Shown: piece after piece, positions 33,872-47,600 of the stretch
Position numbering within the stretch: position 1 is the first letter of the stretch
Layout: each line of letters starts with the position of its first letter
Assembly: GCF_964204645.1 (NCBI RefSeq)
Contig: NC_134025.1
Coordinates: forward strand, 7,874,001-7,938,000
Length of the DNA stretch: 64,000 nucleotides
Source of the DNA: Tubulanus polymorphus
Lineage: Eukaryota; Animalia; Nemertea
Direction: 5' to 3'
The notes under the pieces: model-generated
Seen by the model: only the letters and a program-made list of their open reading frames with translations
The model's database searches: none
Told to the model about the DNA's origin: nothing
Made by a program: the position numbers and the translations under genes

Positions 33872-36421
33872 GTAGGTGGTAATATGTTGGTTTAATTTCT
33901 AGAATTCTTAATTCTCGAGTGTTATTATATATGTGTAACTATTTACCATATTGATCACATTCTCCAAATCTAATAGTTCATCGTTGAAAATTGAATCATT
34001 AAATTCGAATTAATTACTAATAACACTAACTGCAAAATAAACTAGCGTCATTCATATCCATAAATGATATGATATTTTGTATCTTTTATGTGTTTTATCA
34101 AATAAAGAATATTGGAAGGCACTTGAATTTCAATCAACATTTTGGTGAAAATTGGTATAATTTTGTTCACATCAGATTCGCTCACTCAGTTTGTTAATAA
34201 AGGCTTCCGAAGCCCTTCAATTCTATATTGCTATACAAACAGTTACATTATGGCTTCGTTTTTCATTACAAATTAATCTCCACGTAATAAATGTACATTA
34301 TATGTTGACTCAAACTGCGATAATTTCCATCACGTTTTCTAAATAATCTAATTAATGATAGGTATTAAAAATAAGACCAAGAACAGCGTTAGGACCAGAT
34401 TGCCCCGTACAGTCCATATTGGGGCTCTGAAGCAAGCATCGAAAGCTCGATGTAATTTTGATTTTGCAATCATTGATTAAGAAAATGATTTTTATAAGCA
34501 TCATTACGAAAATAATTTCTTCTTTCGCATACGGCGTCACGCAAGCCTAATCAATCGATCGATATCGTAAGAAATTAAAGATTTCGAGTATCTAAATTCT
34601 ATTTGTAAGTACGGCTCTTTACGCCCTTGCAGTGTCCTTAATGACTATATGCTCGTTATACTTGTAATAGAAACAGCTGTTTTTGGCAACGACTGCATAT
34701 TGCCTTTAACTCTTCGTATATCAATTACGCAGTTTAAAATGCAGTTTACAATGGTCATATGGTAGTATTCTCTGATAGTTTTTTCCCGGGCGGTGATGGC
34801 GTCGAAAGTCCAGGTTTTACGCTGATGTGGAACCCGCTCGCAACGCGCGCAATCGACCGCGCACTCGCTTTCAGTGAACGAAATTATCGATCTAGCGATA
34901 TTTTCAATTTCGCTAGTACTTAACATCGTTAAGGCATTGTCTAGTAAAATGAAGATAATTGCTCTGGAGGATTTCAAGTGTCGTCGCCGTATCATTTTCC
35001 AATTAAAAATCTTTTTGAATCGAAAATTGAGCATTGTGCGAGTTCGCTTTTCTAGGTCTGCCGTCGCCGCGCGAGTCTGCTGAAATTCCATCACGCCGAA
35101 CGAATCACTCAATGGCTTTTTCTTTTTAGGTAACAATAGATGATCAGACATTTGAACATATTGTATGAACATTGATTTTTCTCTTATTCTCAATTCATGC
35201 CACATCACTTCCATATATATACTTACATATTGTATGATAACGATTCTCAATCTACTGAAAGTATTTTTTTTATTGATTACGTTTTGCATTATATATTTCA
35301 CTGGGATATTTTGTTTTGATTTAAAGATTCCACCTTAGCCTTATATCATTTTTTAATTGAACAGTTATCTCGCTATTACTGAATTTCATTCTTCTGAAAG
35401 GTTACACGTCCATTTTAGTGTTTTGATTTAGAGAACAGCTCGTTATCGAAGTTCCGGTTCATTGTCTTACAACGCCATCAGTCGACGTTGTGAATAGAAC
35501 CAATCACAATAAAACATCTTAAACGGCTTTTCGCTCATAGTTTCATAACTTTAGCGGTGTTCTGGCGTTGTTTCCCAATTCTGTCGTAAACCTCCCGCCC
35601 GCTTCGCAACTGAGTTCCATTATCGGGACCCAAATATACTGCTCTCCGCAGCCGTTTAATCTTTCCAGTCGAGTAGAAGAATTATGTAATGCGCCGATGC
35701 AGGAAATGACGTCTGCGCCGTAAAACAATCGAAAAAGCTCGTTAATCACCTTTACGAGCGAAACCTGTTATCGATAGTCATCAATCGATCTGCGTTGTCA
35801 AAAAAATATTAAAGGTACATTACGCGCAAAGTAAATATTAGCTGCCGCAGCGTCGGTGACTACGTGGCGTAAATAACCGAAAAATTGTGATTGGTCATTG
35901 ACTATTGGGAATGATAGATTGGTTGCCAGAATTCAATATTCCACATTTTAATTCGTCATCTATAATAGGAGGAGACATGAGAAATAACAGAGCACGACTA
36001 GCAGCTAGATCGGTCGCGATCGCAAAACCACCGCGCATCGTCCCGTGGCCAACTGACGACATTTCAAATATTTTTAGATGCCTGTATTATCCGGAATTGA
36101 TTGGCCTCGTAAGTTTATATATGAAATGTTGTAACATCTGGTAAACAAGTCAATTCGCCATGTTCATCGAGCAATAGTCTACACACAAAAAAGCTGGGAA
36201 TCGGCGAAGTTTTTGCAGACGCAGTACTTACTATATCGATGAAGCCCAGATTTGTAGGTGATTTACTCTGAGAAACGTCCGACGGATCGATTGTTTTAAT
36301 GCGTTTCAACCATATCCCACGGAATATGATGTTTTTGTACGTTACAATTTTCAAATTAACGGATCTTTGAAAGTTAATTTCCAAGCTCTACATAATAGAA
36401 GTAATTGATCGCTGAAATACA

Positions 36422-36529
36422 ATGGCAGGACGACGGGCGAGAAGAGTAAGCAATGTTAGTCAATCTGGCGACCGTCTATCACTTCTTACAAGTCGAATGG
36501 AGGAGACAACTAGCTGGTTCTACCGCGTG
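36422..36529 (+). CDS. Candidate alternative first coding exon of the ITPR-like gene (36 aa)
   Basis: ATG...GTG|GTAAGT encodes MAGRRARRVSNVSQSGDRLSLLTSRMEETTSWFYRV. A phase-0 splice joins in frame to the acceptor at 44612 (VDSSNNG-MGEFL). Confidence 0.5.
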
Positions 36530-39132
36530 GTAAGTTAAGTCAATCGCTTAAACATCGATTATCAATTTCAGGTCGGTTTGCGGTGTAAATTATGTCCTTA
36601 GATACCGCACACGGTAATCACCGCTCCGATTAACGTCGATAATTTGATAATGAACTGTTTAAAGAAGTTAATTGTTCTCGGAGCCTCCCCGAAACGCGCT
36701 GGTTTTAATCAAATATCAACAAACCAACGCGCGTATCGGAGTCGAGAGAAGGACAACTTTCAAGAAATTTGAAAGCATTGGTTTGGTCTGATATGAATGT
36801 CAGAGTCTAGTTTCATCACGAAGAAAGGAAACTATGTATAGATTTCTAGACAGTCTTGTAAGTCCGGTAAGTTGCTCTACGTTCGTTAGCCATGATGCTT
36901 TGGACTTTTTTAGGCGTTCACATATTTGTTCATTCATTTGTTACTATACTCTTAGTCCATTAGTTCACACGCTTTTTGGTTAGTGAATTGATAGTGAACC
37001 TTCGATGCAGTTTTCGTCATGCAGTATACCAAGAACGCATTCGTGACAATAAGTTTAACCTACGCTGATTTGTTGTATTCGGTGTCAATGAAATTATTTA
37101 ATTCAGATTTTCAATTAGTAAAAGTAATCATAATCAACACTGCTGTCGCATCAGAAAATCTGTCGCCCTGACAAAAATACAAAATCTAAATTAACCTCTG
37201 CCTGTAATATGTATAATGGGAAGTTTGTATTTATTATCCAAGAGACCATATTTCATTTTCATATCAATTGTTTAGCTGCATAATCAACAATATAACCGTT
37301 CGAATTTTTGAATTATTTGATTGTTTATCGACGGATGAAAAGACGTTTTTAGCAAATAAAATCAGGTTTAAACCTGACTTTCTGAAACAGGGGATATCAA
37401 AAGGCATATATGAATATAAACTATCACTTTCTCTTTTTACTTTTTGCAAAATCACTATTTTCTTTTTACTTTTTACAAAATTACTACTCAATCCATCTGT
37501 TAATGGAAGAAAAGTAATGATAAATTCGTGAAACCATATCGCATAGTGAATACGCAATGAACGCTTCGATATTCATTATTACGCTGTACGCGTATTGAAA
37601 GTATCCGAAGGAAATTATATTAACTGAGATAAAGCCGATAGAGGATTAAGCTTGTTTCTTCTCGATCGGCTGCGAACCCAAGTAACTAAATCGACTGTAA
37701 AAATGTTCGATTGTATGAATAAGACTACGGAAATCCACGATATATGCGAACAAATTCCTTCTGTTTTATGTAAGAAAATAGTTCAAAATATATCTGTGAA
37801 TAATGCGTATCACCGAATGTATGGTCAACATTAATTTGTATTGATACCGCTATATGTTGATAGCGATTTGAGCTATGAACAATAGTTGTGGGTTTATTGA
37901 GTGCTCTCCGTAATGAACATCGTTCTCGACTTTAGTCAATGCGGCAGCTCAAGTTCATCACGGGCAATGAATAGATTTTCGTATCGTTTCTGGACTCGAC
38001 CCTACTTTACACGCCACTTTGAGGAATCTAAATGAGCAGTTGAACTCCTCAATCGAAATCGTTAACTGAATGCTATCGATTTCCATTAGCCACAAGATGA
38101 GCCTATTTCTAAAACTACGAGATTTGACGTACTTATCTATTCGGCTTTTTGTTGACGAATCATGAAGTGTAAGAGCCTATACAGGAATGTTGGGTTAGAC
38201 TCGTGGCAAACTGAAATAACTTATCATAAGGTATGACAACACTGATATATTCTATTCAGATGATAGTCATAGTATTAATAAGAAATGAACTAATGGATAT
38301 GTAGTTCATTTATAAATTTGACTTACTGCTTTTATCTGATGTTGGCTTCGTAGCAAGAATTATTTTCAAAGGAGAGTTCAACGTACTTTGTGGGCGGAAT
38401 CGTTGTCTATTGGCGATGTTTAAGTGCACCAAAAACAAAGCTTGTATAGATTATTTGAAAAATCGGATGGAAGACCGGTCTATACAGCAATGAGATTGAT
38501 ACCTACTAAAGTGCGTGTATTCAAACAGCGTCCGCGACGACGGTTTCCATAAAAACGAAACAAGAATGAATTAATTTCAGACGCATACGCATTTTTCATT
38601 CGGCTAGATTGACAAACAAACGGCAAACGATTGCAATGATTATAAAATCATCAAGAGCAATAATGATCATTCATGGTTTGATTTGGAGGCAGCAATAAAA
38701 TATCCGCAGCTAAAAGCATTCGCAATTTGAAATCTGTCAACTTGTCCTAGTGTCGGAAGTCTACGATGTGGTAGCTCATGAGGCTGATAATGAAAAACAA
38801 TGAAATAGAAAAAAAATCCGATGCGGTATAATAGGACTAAATGGAATTCATGCAACCTGTATTTCCTCGAGAAAAATGATCTTATGCTTTTGTGTGAAGG
38901 ATTTCAATAACGATCGACTCATTCTTCGCCTATAGATTGGTACGGTGCTAAAATGTTCATGCTCCGTGGACTTAATCCTTAAGTCTGAACAATGCAAAAG
39001 ATGCGTTCTCACAAAAAAAGCCATTACCATGTTCGGTAATATATTTCATATTCATAATTGAGAAATATATAATCTCATTCTCCTTATCGTTTCGGGGAGC
39101 TCATGACTACTTTCAACTGAGCCATACGAAAT

Positions 39133-39170
39133 ATCAGCTATTTTAAGAGGTAACTCTTAAAATAGCTGAT
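39133..39170. repeat. Perfect 17-bp stem hairpin with GTAA loop
   Basis: ATCAGCTATTTTAAGAG-GTAA-CTCTTAAAATAGCTGAT. Confidence 0.9.
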
Positions 39171-42100
39171 TTGCAGATGGATCGCGAAGCAGCGAATCTG
39201 TTTCTTCTCGACGTCGACGTGACTGTTTACCGAGCGATGTCGCAACAATCGGGCTTCGTGTCTACTGAAAAAGAACCAGCCCCGCAATATCTTCAACCGT
39301 GTATGAAACGAAGGATTGGTTTATAGGCTGTTGTTGGTAAACATGATTCGATCAACGTTTACTACGTCGGATATTGTTTTATTAAGGGCCGCAAGAATTT
39401 CCAATGAATTGAGAACCGTGTTATACGCCGCTGCAGGCTACAGCAGGCGTCGATATCCATTCCCCGCTTTACATAGACAGATGTGAGATCTGAATACACG
39501 TCGCTTCTTTTAGAATGTTTTATATGCATACAGGTAGTTATAGATTATGAACTTGTCACCCGTATATACATATATAATTATGTTGTCATAACGTGCCACA
39601 TGCCACAGGTGGAATCATAGCCCGGGTAACTCTTGAGCCTCCCAGATGATTGGTTATAATATATGAACAAATAAATCGTCGCTTGACGAACAAGAGATTT
39701 TAAGTGTCCGGTGCGGTGATTGGAATTCATTTGAATATTTTGTATTCGTTGGCACTGATGTCGGGATACAATGCATACATTTAATCGTTAGCAGATAGTT
39801 CTGTTTTCGTCTATATGACCGAAAGGGTTTTTATTGCTGGCCGGAGAATTATATTTTAGCGTTCGTTCGCTTTTACCAAGGTTTCCAAAGATTGATTGGC
39901 ACTTCATTGATGGCAGGTAATGAATAAACGTTTATGAACAGAAAATTGTAACCGTTTTGATATCACCGTCGATGTGGTTATCCATTTGATTATATTCCCC
40001 GTGTAGTGCGGCTTATTATTTTCCCGTATGCGATCCGCTCTGGTGGCGGCTGGCGAGGCAGTGAAGCAGCACCATAACCCTCTCAGCTTTTTGATCACCG
40101 AGTTGATTAATGGAATTTGCTACTCGTCTGAGAACTTTTCCTCCACGAGAAGATACGAAAAAATAAACAGTAAAAGTGCGTGTATACAAAAGCGGGAGCA
40201 ACTTTCGCCGGGGCGCAGCGCCGCATACGCCGAGATCCTCTTCCGAATGAACTTTACAGAAATGGCGGATAGAAATCGAAACTGCATCTTATCCCGACAG
40301 CGCGATCATTTCGCGATGGTTTTATGAGTGCCGCTCGATCGTTTATCATCGGTGATTTTTAGCGTTGAAACGAGTGTGTTGTTACTACCGCTTCTGCTTC
40401 GCGCATTGAAATTCCACTTTGCGGAAGGTATTTAAACAAAATAAAAACAGAAAAACTCGATGTTACATTCCGAACAGTGGATGTTTGTTGATTGGGCTCA
40501 AGGGAGACGACGTAGGGAATCTTAAGGCAGCGCAGTGATATTTATCTCCGGTTCGAGAAACCTGCACTCTTTAACTATATATTGATATCATGTACATACT
40601 CGTTTGTATCGAATGTTTTTTTTAATAGTTTAATTTGCCATTCGCATTCATTATTCATGAACTCCATTGAAAAGCATTGAATTTTTCTAGCGCTTAGTTC
40701 TATCTTCGCCGTTCATTTGTTAGTAGCTACGTATATATGTTTAGTTGGAAGCGATGGGACTCCGTTTTGTTAATTCCGATGTTATCGCTGTCTTTTAACA
40801 GTAATTAGCGGGCACGTCGTCGGACATTACATGGAGTAGAATATGCATTACTTCTCTTATGGTGTTGAGTGAAAATCATCAGTTCGCGAGAGCCTCATAT
40901 CAATAGATATAATAACAGATTTTACGAGTGCCATAATCTTCGAGTGGTAAACACATCAGAGCAAAGACCGGCAGCGTTCGTGTCAGGGGATGTCCATCGG
41001 TTCGCCGGTGAGGGATATGAATGTTCCGAGATATTGAGGACATAAAGCGTTACTTTGATCGTGATTAATACCCAATTTTACGACGGCAACACAGCATAGA
41101 ATAGCTATTTCATATATCGAGGAGGATACCGGGCCGAACGGCGATGAATCAAACTCATGAAAACCCGGCTTTTGATAATAGAACGCAGCGGTGAGCAGCT
41201 CGGAATAAATTTGAAAGTTTTATCATGGCCGCTGAAGTTAGTGTAAATGCTTCCAGTAATACAGGATTCAATTGTAAAAATTGTGGGGCCGGAATTAACA
41301 TCACGCAACAAGATGCGGTAAGAACAAATATAATTCTAACGCAATATAAACATCATATTTCTTCCTGTCGTTGATTTTTCCCATTCCTCTGAAATGTTTG
41401 AGCTGAGCAGTTTATTCTTAGACAGATCTTCCCTCTACTCATAATATGTTTTCTATGTACTCGAGCTTAATAATGTGTATGCGATGAAAAATCTTAGATG
41501 ATACATGTATAGGTATAGGCTTTGTTTAAACCGTAGAAATTGTCGATTTCACATTTCCAGGCATCTTGTTCTTGTTGCTTTCCGCGAGGTTTTTCCAAAC
41601 GTTTATTTTGCCGTGTATCGTAAACCCTTCGATTTCAATCTCGACATTTTGCGGTTAATTTATTGTGCCCTTCTCTTAGTTTATTGCTCGTTTTTTTGTG
41701 AAGATCTTGGCCCAGAACCGCCCGCATTATTTTTGACGTATCTTCCCGCACGCAACTATCATACAAACCAATTCATTGTCAGTAACTGTTGTTCGAGATA
41801 AAACTTATTTCAGGTTGAAAGACTTTGTTTTGAATTCAACATAACAAAACTGCACTCTGCGATTTAGAAATAAATTACCAGGGTTTTTAGTGAACGACCT
41901 TTCAAGTAATGTGGAAAGTTACAGCATATATATATACGGCAATCTCGAGTTGGATATTTTACTTGAAATATGAGGGCAGCCCTTAACGCGTGTTTATCAA
42001 TAAAGGCAAACGAACGGAATCTTATCATTGAAAATGTACAGGATGAAGCTATGTGTGAAACGTTCAGGTGGTAAAAATCAAACAGTTTCCAGCCCGATGA

Positions 42101-44245
42101 AGAAATCAATGAGAAATCGCAAAAATCTGAATCTGTTCGTTGGTAGAGAAAATGGTCATCCATTGAACAGAAAATAATCTCATCGGGCCAACACCTACAC
42201 CTATTTGCAGACTATTCACTCCAGGCTCAATTCTGATCCCGTTTTTCATTAAAAGAATCAATTACGTATTCGATGATTCGTCATGGCATGAAAACGAAAT
42301 AGCATTAGCATGTTCTCCTATACCGTTGGCTTTTACGATGATCTAATCCAAACAAACACGTGATTTAATATAGATTATCAAATGAATTAAGATAGTTTGA
42401 TAATATAAGATGTGGCATGGCAACATTACGCACAGGTTTAAGACTAACGTAACTGAAGCAGATTTTCTGAAAGCCTATAAACTTGTACGAAGCATTTTTA
42501 TCAAACAAATCTGGTTCATTGCCATTCAGCCTGAGTTTACGTGAAAACGTTATATAAAAAATCCCATATTAGGTTTTTATTGCTTACGCAAAACTTTCTT
42601 TAGTATTCCAGACGGCATATGACGCCTTTTTAAAGCCGTTTCGTAGAAATAACCGACTTGGGAACCGGTACTACTCCCTACTTCGCGCATAAATCTTCGT
42701 ATGAATACGTGATAGAAATTATCAAAGAAAGTTTTAGTTGTGACTTACGTAATTACTAAACAATAAAATGTGTTACGAAGAGTCTGTGATGTGACTTAGC
42801 AATTTGACATTATGTGCACAATATTGTACACATTTCTTTCCAAATGAAACGAACATATTGATAGGTTGATAATAATTCTATATGAACTATATCTCATTCA
42901 ACTAACATTTTGATATATCTCAATGTCTCTTTTCTTACATTTACGTATTTCGTTGATGTTTCTTCTGTTATTTGCAGTTTTCGCGCGCGAACAAATTGTG
43001 AATTGTTTCTTACCATTTTCTTGTAACGTTGCTTCAATTACAGTTCGCTACACCAGGCGCGATGGATCTCCCACTCAGTGCCGCCATGCAAATGGTATAA
43101 AAATCCGCATTGGTTTATGTTATTTTCCATATAGAGAAAGTTACATAATACGGAGATGTATATTATTGACCGTTTTGGGGTATTCGTAAAATTGTTTTGT
43201 CGCGATAGGCATTTTTACCATGTGCATATATATTGTAATATACACCCATATATAGGCTAGGTCCGACGGTCACTAGATCGCTTTCCGATCTTATCATTTA
43301 GTCTGCTTATCCCGCAATTCGTCCCGACAGACTACAACGAAGCTCACCACCACAACGAGAGGTTGGTGTTTGGTAGGCGTGCTCATGCTTGCATCAAAAA
43401 TGTCAGAAATACCATTCGAAGTCGCGAAGCATTTCATTGAATGAATCCGAAACGTCGATCGCAATCTAGTGATCGGGACTTTACTCGAATAAAAAGTGTC
43501 CACCATTTAAAAGTGTGTCAAAACGTTGGAAACAGCTTAACACAGAAATGTGCTCCGTGATATAAAACTTCGAGCCATTTCCATCATGTTACGTTATGTA
43601 TGTATCTTACTGCCCGACAAAGCATCTGATGAGCAGCTGATGTTTGGTGAGGCATCGGACACTTTTTTGATTTTATTCGTTTATTTCTTTAACGAAAGCT
43701 CACAAGGGCGTGGAAATATCTTTTTGTAAACTTTTAATATCAAAAAGTAAAGAATAACATTCATGCCGTAACGCATTGAAACGATCCATTCAGTCCGTGA
43801 CGATTGAAAGTTTTGAAACAAAGGGAAAAAGATCGATTCCATTCCCGAAGGAGCTTTTCCACGACACGAGATCGATCGGTCTGTGAGAATTTTTTTCTTA
43901 TCAGTTACATTTAGATAGATTTTAGCGGCAGATTAAGTAGCAGCATGCCCAGGTCGACGCTGCCCTGTCGCTTCCGCTGCAACAGTTTATAGGCAGTCGT
44001 TGGCGTTTGGTGTTGGTTGGCTATGTAAATGCGTAGCAGCTTGAGTAATAATGTTGTATTCGTCGAATTCAATATGCAATTTAATAACTGCACCGTCATA
44101 TCTAATAATAATGTATATAGTTGCCGTACATGTATGTGTTTTATTTGAAACGAATGCAGTGGAAACCTTTGCCTTTGATCAAATTCGTTAATGAAATTAT
44201 TTAGCATGTTCAAACTGTATATAAAGTTATTCAATGTAAATCTAT

Positions 44246-44307
44246 AAACGATATCATTCATTTTGAGAATTATATAAAACGATATCGTTCATTTTGAGAA
44301 TTATATA
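44246..44307 (+). repeat. 31-bp tandem duplication
   Basis: AAACGATATC(A/G)TTCATTTTGAGAATTATATA x2. Confidence 0.85.
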
Positions 44308-44632
44308 GAAATCTACGAAATAATCTCATTTGCCAGCTATTGTGGATTAAAAGCGCAAACATTCACCTAACAGTTTGGAAGAAGATTTACGGTAGAATAA
44401 AATTATGCGTAACAGATTTCACATAGATTGAAAAAAGAGGCCGATATTCACTGCTTAGGCACTAGAAAATATAATTCCAACCAGTCGACACATATATACG
44501 AGCACTTCATGATATGAACGTGTTTTCGGAAAGTATCGGACACATATCATTTCATTTCATCACGCTCTGAGATACATTAAATATATATACTTTACGCGGT
44601 TCTTTCTGCAGGTGGACAGCTCCAACAACGGA

Positions 44633-47600
44633 ATGGGAGAATTCTTATGCGTTGGTGATTACGTTTGCCTCTACTGCGAGGAAACTGAAGGATACGTGTT
44701 CAGCGTTCAGTCCAGGTTAGTATGTTAATAAGCGAAGTTTTTTTTCTTCGTTTTATATATTCCGAATCTTAAGTATTGTAGGGTGTTTTTAAAAGTGGGC
44801 GAATATTCGATGATCCAATTATTTTACTTAGGCTTTCAAAATACGGCTGTAGTCTTTTCAAAACAGCTTAATTTTTTCGCACTGCAGTTACAACAGAAAT
44901 ATCTATTACAAAATTGATATTCTCAAAGCATTGATATCGGACAATGAATGATATGGCTAACTAAGGTTGTAGTGAAATTTATTAGAAGAAAAAGGAATCG
45001 ATTGTTAGCAATAATGTCCGGCGCTTGAACATAATGAGTGATAAAAGTGCACTTTGTTATAACCGATTGATTTGACACAATATTGCGGTAATGAATATTT
45101 CATCCATCAAACTTACAATAAAGAACTCCGATCATCGCCGACGCCAGATGTCAAGGCTGACTGCTTCCCGACGTACACATTGTATTTTTTCATCGAATCT
45201 GCAGACATTTTGACATTTTTCAGAGTTTTTATAGGGTTAAGAAATGCGTTCGAAATAATCCTGCCGCATTTTTTTTCTTCACGCGTTCAACTTCACGCGT
45301 TTAGCATATCTTGGATTATAGGATGAATAAGCAGCGAAAGCGTACAGCAAACTCAGTTTGATACCGGCCGCCACGCATCCTATGTTTCAGGAAGAAATTC
45401 GTTTTATTTTTGCTGATAACAGTATAAAGAATACATTCCAGTACGTAGGTTTACCATTTACGGAATTCCAAAGCTTGCCGAAATATCTCCGTGGGAATTT
45501 GGAGATTTAATGTGTTGTCAGAATGGCTGTTTTGATGACCAAAGTTTATGCCTTGACTGGCAATTCAAATAGCTAACGTGAGCAATTCGGTAAGAAGTGT
45601 ACTTCAATCTTCTGCTTCAGTCGGTTCCTGGAGTATTATTGACGAGACGTGACAACATCATTAATTTTTTCTGCCCAGTCTATTGCGTGAATGGATCAAT
45701 CCAATTTTCCATCCACAACCCAACATCCGTCTGCCGCAGCACAGGTGAACCGTATCGCATTCAAACATGGCAAGTACGCCATTCTTCATATGGCAAAAAG
45801 ACGGAAGGTAGCTGTTTGCAACTTTAGTTCGCAGTTTTAGCGATAACCGACCGTCGTTCGAAGATGAATGGTTTATACTGAGATGACTATGCGCATTAGC
45901 CGACAATCCCAGCTATCAAACGGCAGAATTCAAATAGATAAAACGCGTGAAGAATATCAATTATTTATGCGAATCTAAAGGGCAAGATTTATCTTCGAAT
46001 TCGCTTACATTTTATTGACGTTGTGAAATTTTAAGAAAAATGTTATCGCTGTGGTTCCACTTCATGGTCATATCGTCGCCGACGATTGATTTTCCATGCG
46101 CTGCTTTTTCGTCACATTTCGCGTCGCGCTGAACGAACTGTCGAGTCGATTCACGTAAATAGTAAATTTCAATTTATTTCCGACCATCAAAACGCGATAT
46201 ATCACCGCGATGTTTCGAAGATACAATCACGTCAACGCCGTCGCATTTAACCGAGTTTTAAAGCATTCGGCAGCACGGATTTACACCCGCAAACGCTGCT
46301 TTATCGCTACGACTGTTCCCATCTCCAACGAGTAATGATCAGCAGAGTCGGTCTGAGTCCTGTAGATAAGGATAACAGTTATTCTATTTCCAAAGAAAGC
46401 ACTTGTACCAATAGTTCTCCTATTCATGCAATCTATTGCGACGACATTTGATTTATTGCGCGCAGTAACGAGGCATATTGTAATAATGGTAAATATAACT
46501 GAATCCCAACGCGCTGAGCATTTGTTTACAGTATGTATATTGGTAATTTTGAGCTCCGATTCAGAGAAATAATCGTTATTACACTTGGTAGCTGAATTCA
46601 CTTTTGTCAGCTCGAGAATCTCGAACAATATACGTAGGCTTGTTCCTCCTTGACAATGAACCAAAGATCTTCGCTAAAGATAACCATTAATCTTGTTCGT
46701 GTATATTTTCTTACGTCTTAGGGAAAATTCAAGATTAGAGTTTACATTTGAGTAAAGATAATGATGGCGGATTTAGATAGCTCATACGGCCAATTTTAAT
46801 GGTATCGGAACTATTTTATGTATTTTGAGGGTCTGCGAATTACTCCAGACGCCGATGTTTTGTAGGTAGAGTTATGCCGCTTGCTGTTTGGATGAAAGAT
46901 CGGAAAATCCCTACGGCAAGACTCAATAGCATCCCCATGGGTCGCTTGGCGCATAGCGGATTTTTATATCGGCGATAAAGAAAAAATGTAGAATATTTCA
47001 TCCACTAAAGCAGCAACTTCGTGTGTTGCCTTATTTCAACGTCTTTCAATCTGCAGTGCTGTTAAGTGAATTAAAAAACAAGACATAGCCCATCGAATTC
47101 AAAAGTTATCAAACAGCAATAGATCGTGAAACTATTTCAATGCGTTTAACCTGTGAAACAGCTACCGCATTTACCCGTAGACTGATAATCTCTAGCGATC
47201 ATGGCAATTATACGTATCATCTTCTTTTGTGATGTGAAGTCCTTCTGAATTTCACTTGTTAAAGACATTTTAACCTATTTTCTGCGGTAATCTCTTGAAT
47301 TCTAGTTCGACAGATTGTGGGGTCCATATGTAAATTGTTAGAAAGTAAATACCGGTAATATAGATTAAAGTGTGAATGATGTCTCGAAATTTCGATTTAT
47401 GCGTCAGGTTCTCAACCGATATCTTGCTTTCATGTAAATCTATTTTTTTTCAATTAGAAGTTCGCTTATTTCATCGATTATACACTTACTGGCTGAAAGT
47501 CATTTTTTTAAATATTGAATTACTGTTTCATGTTGTAACCACTAGATTTGATGAAAGTTCAACGTGCTTTTCACATGCTTTTTTCATTTCTAGCTCTACG

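Noticed and set aside
34645-35301. 218-aa minus-strand ORF
   Set aside because: No recognisable domain, non-ATG start, AT-rich low-information composition and no supporting exon structure.
21600-44500. Many 60-130 aa ORFs in the ORF track
   Set aside because: No motifs or consistent splice structure; the region is best read as long 5' introns or intergenic DNA.
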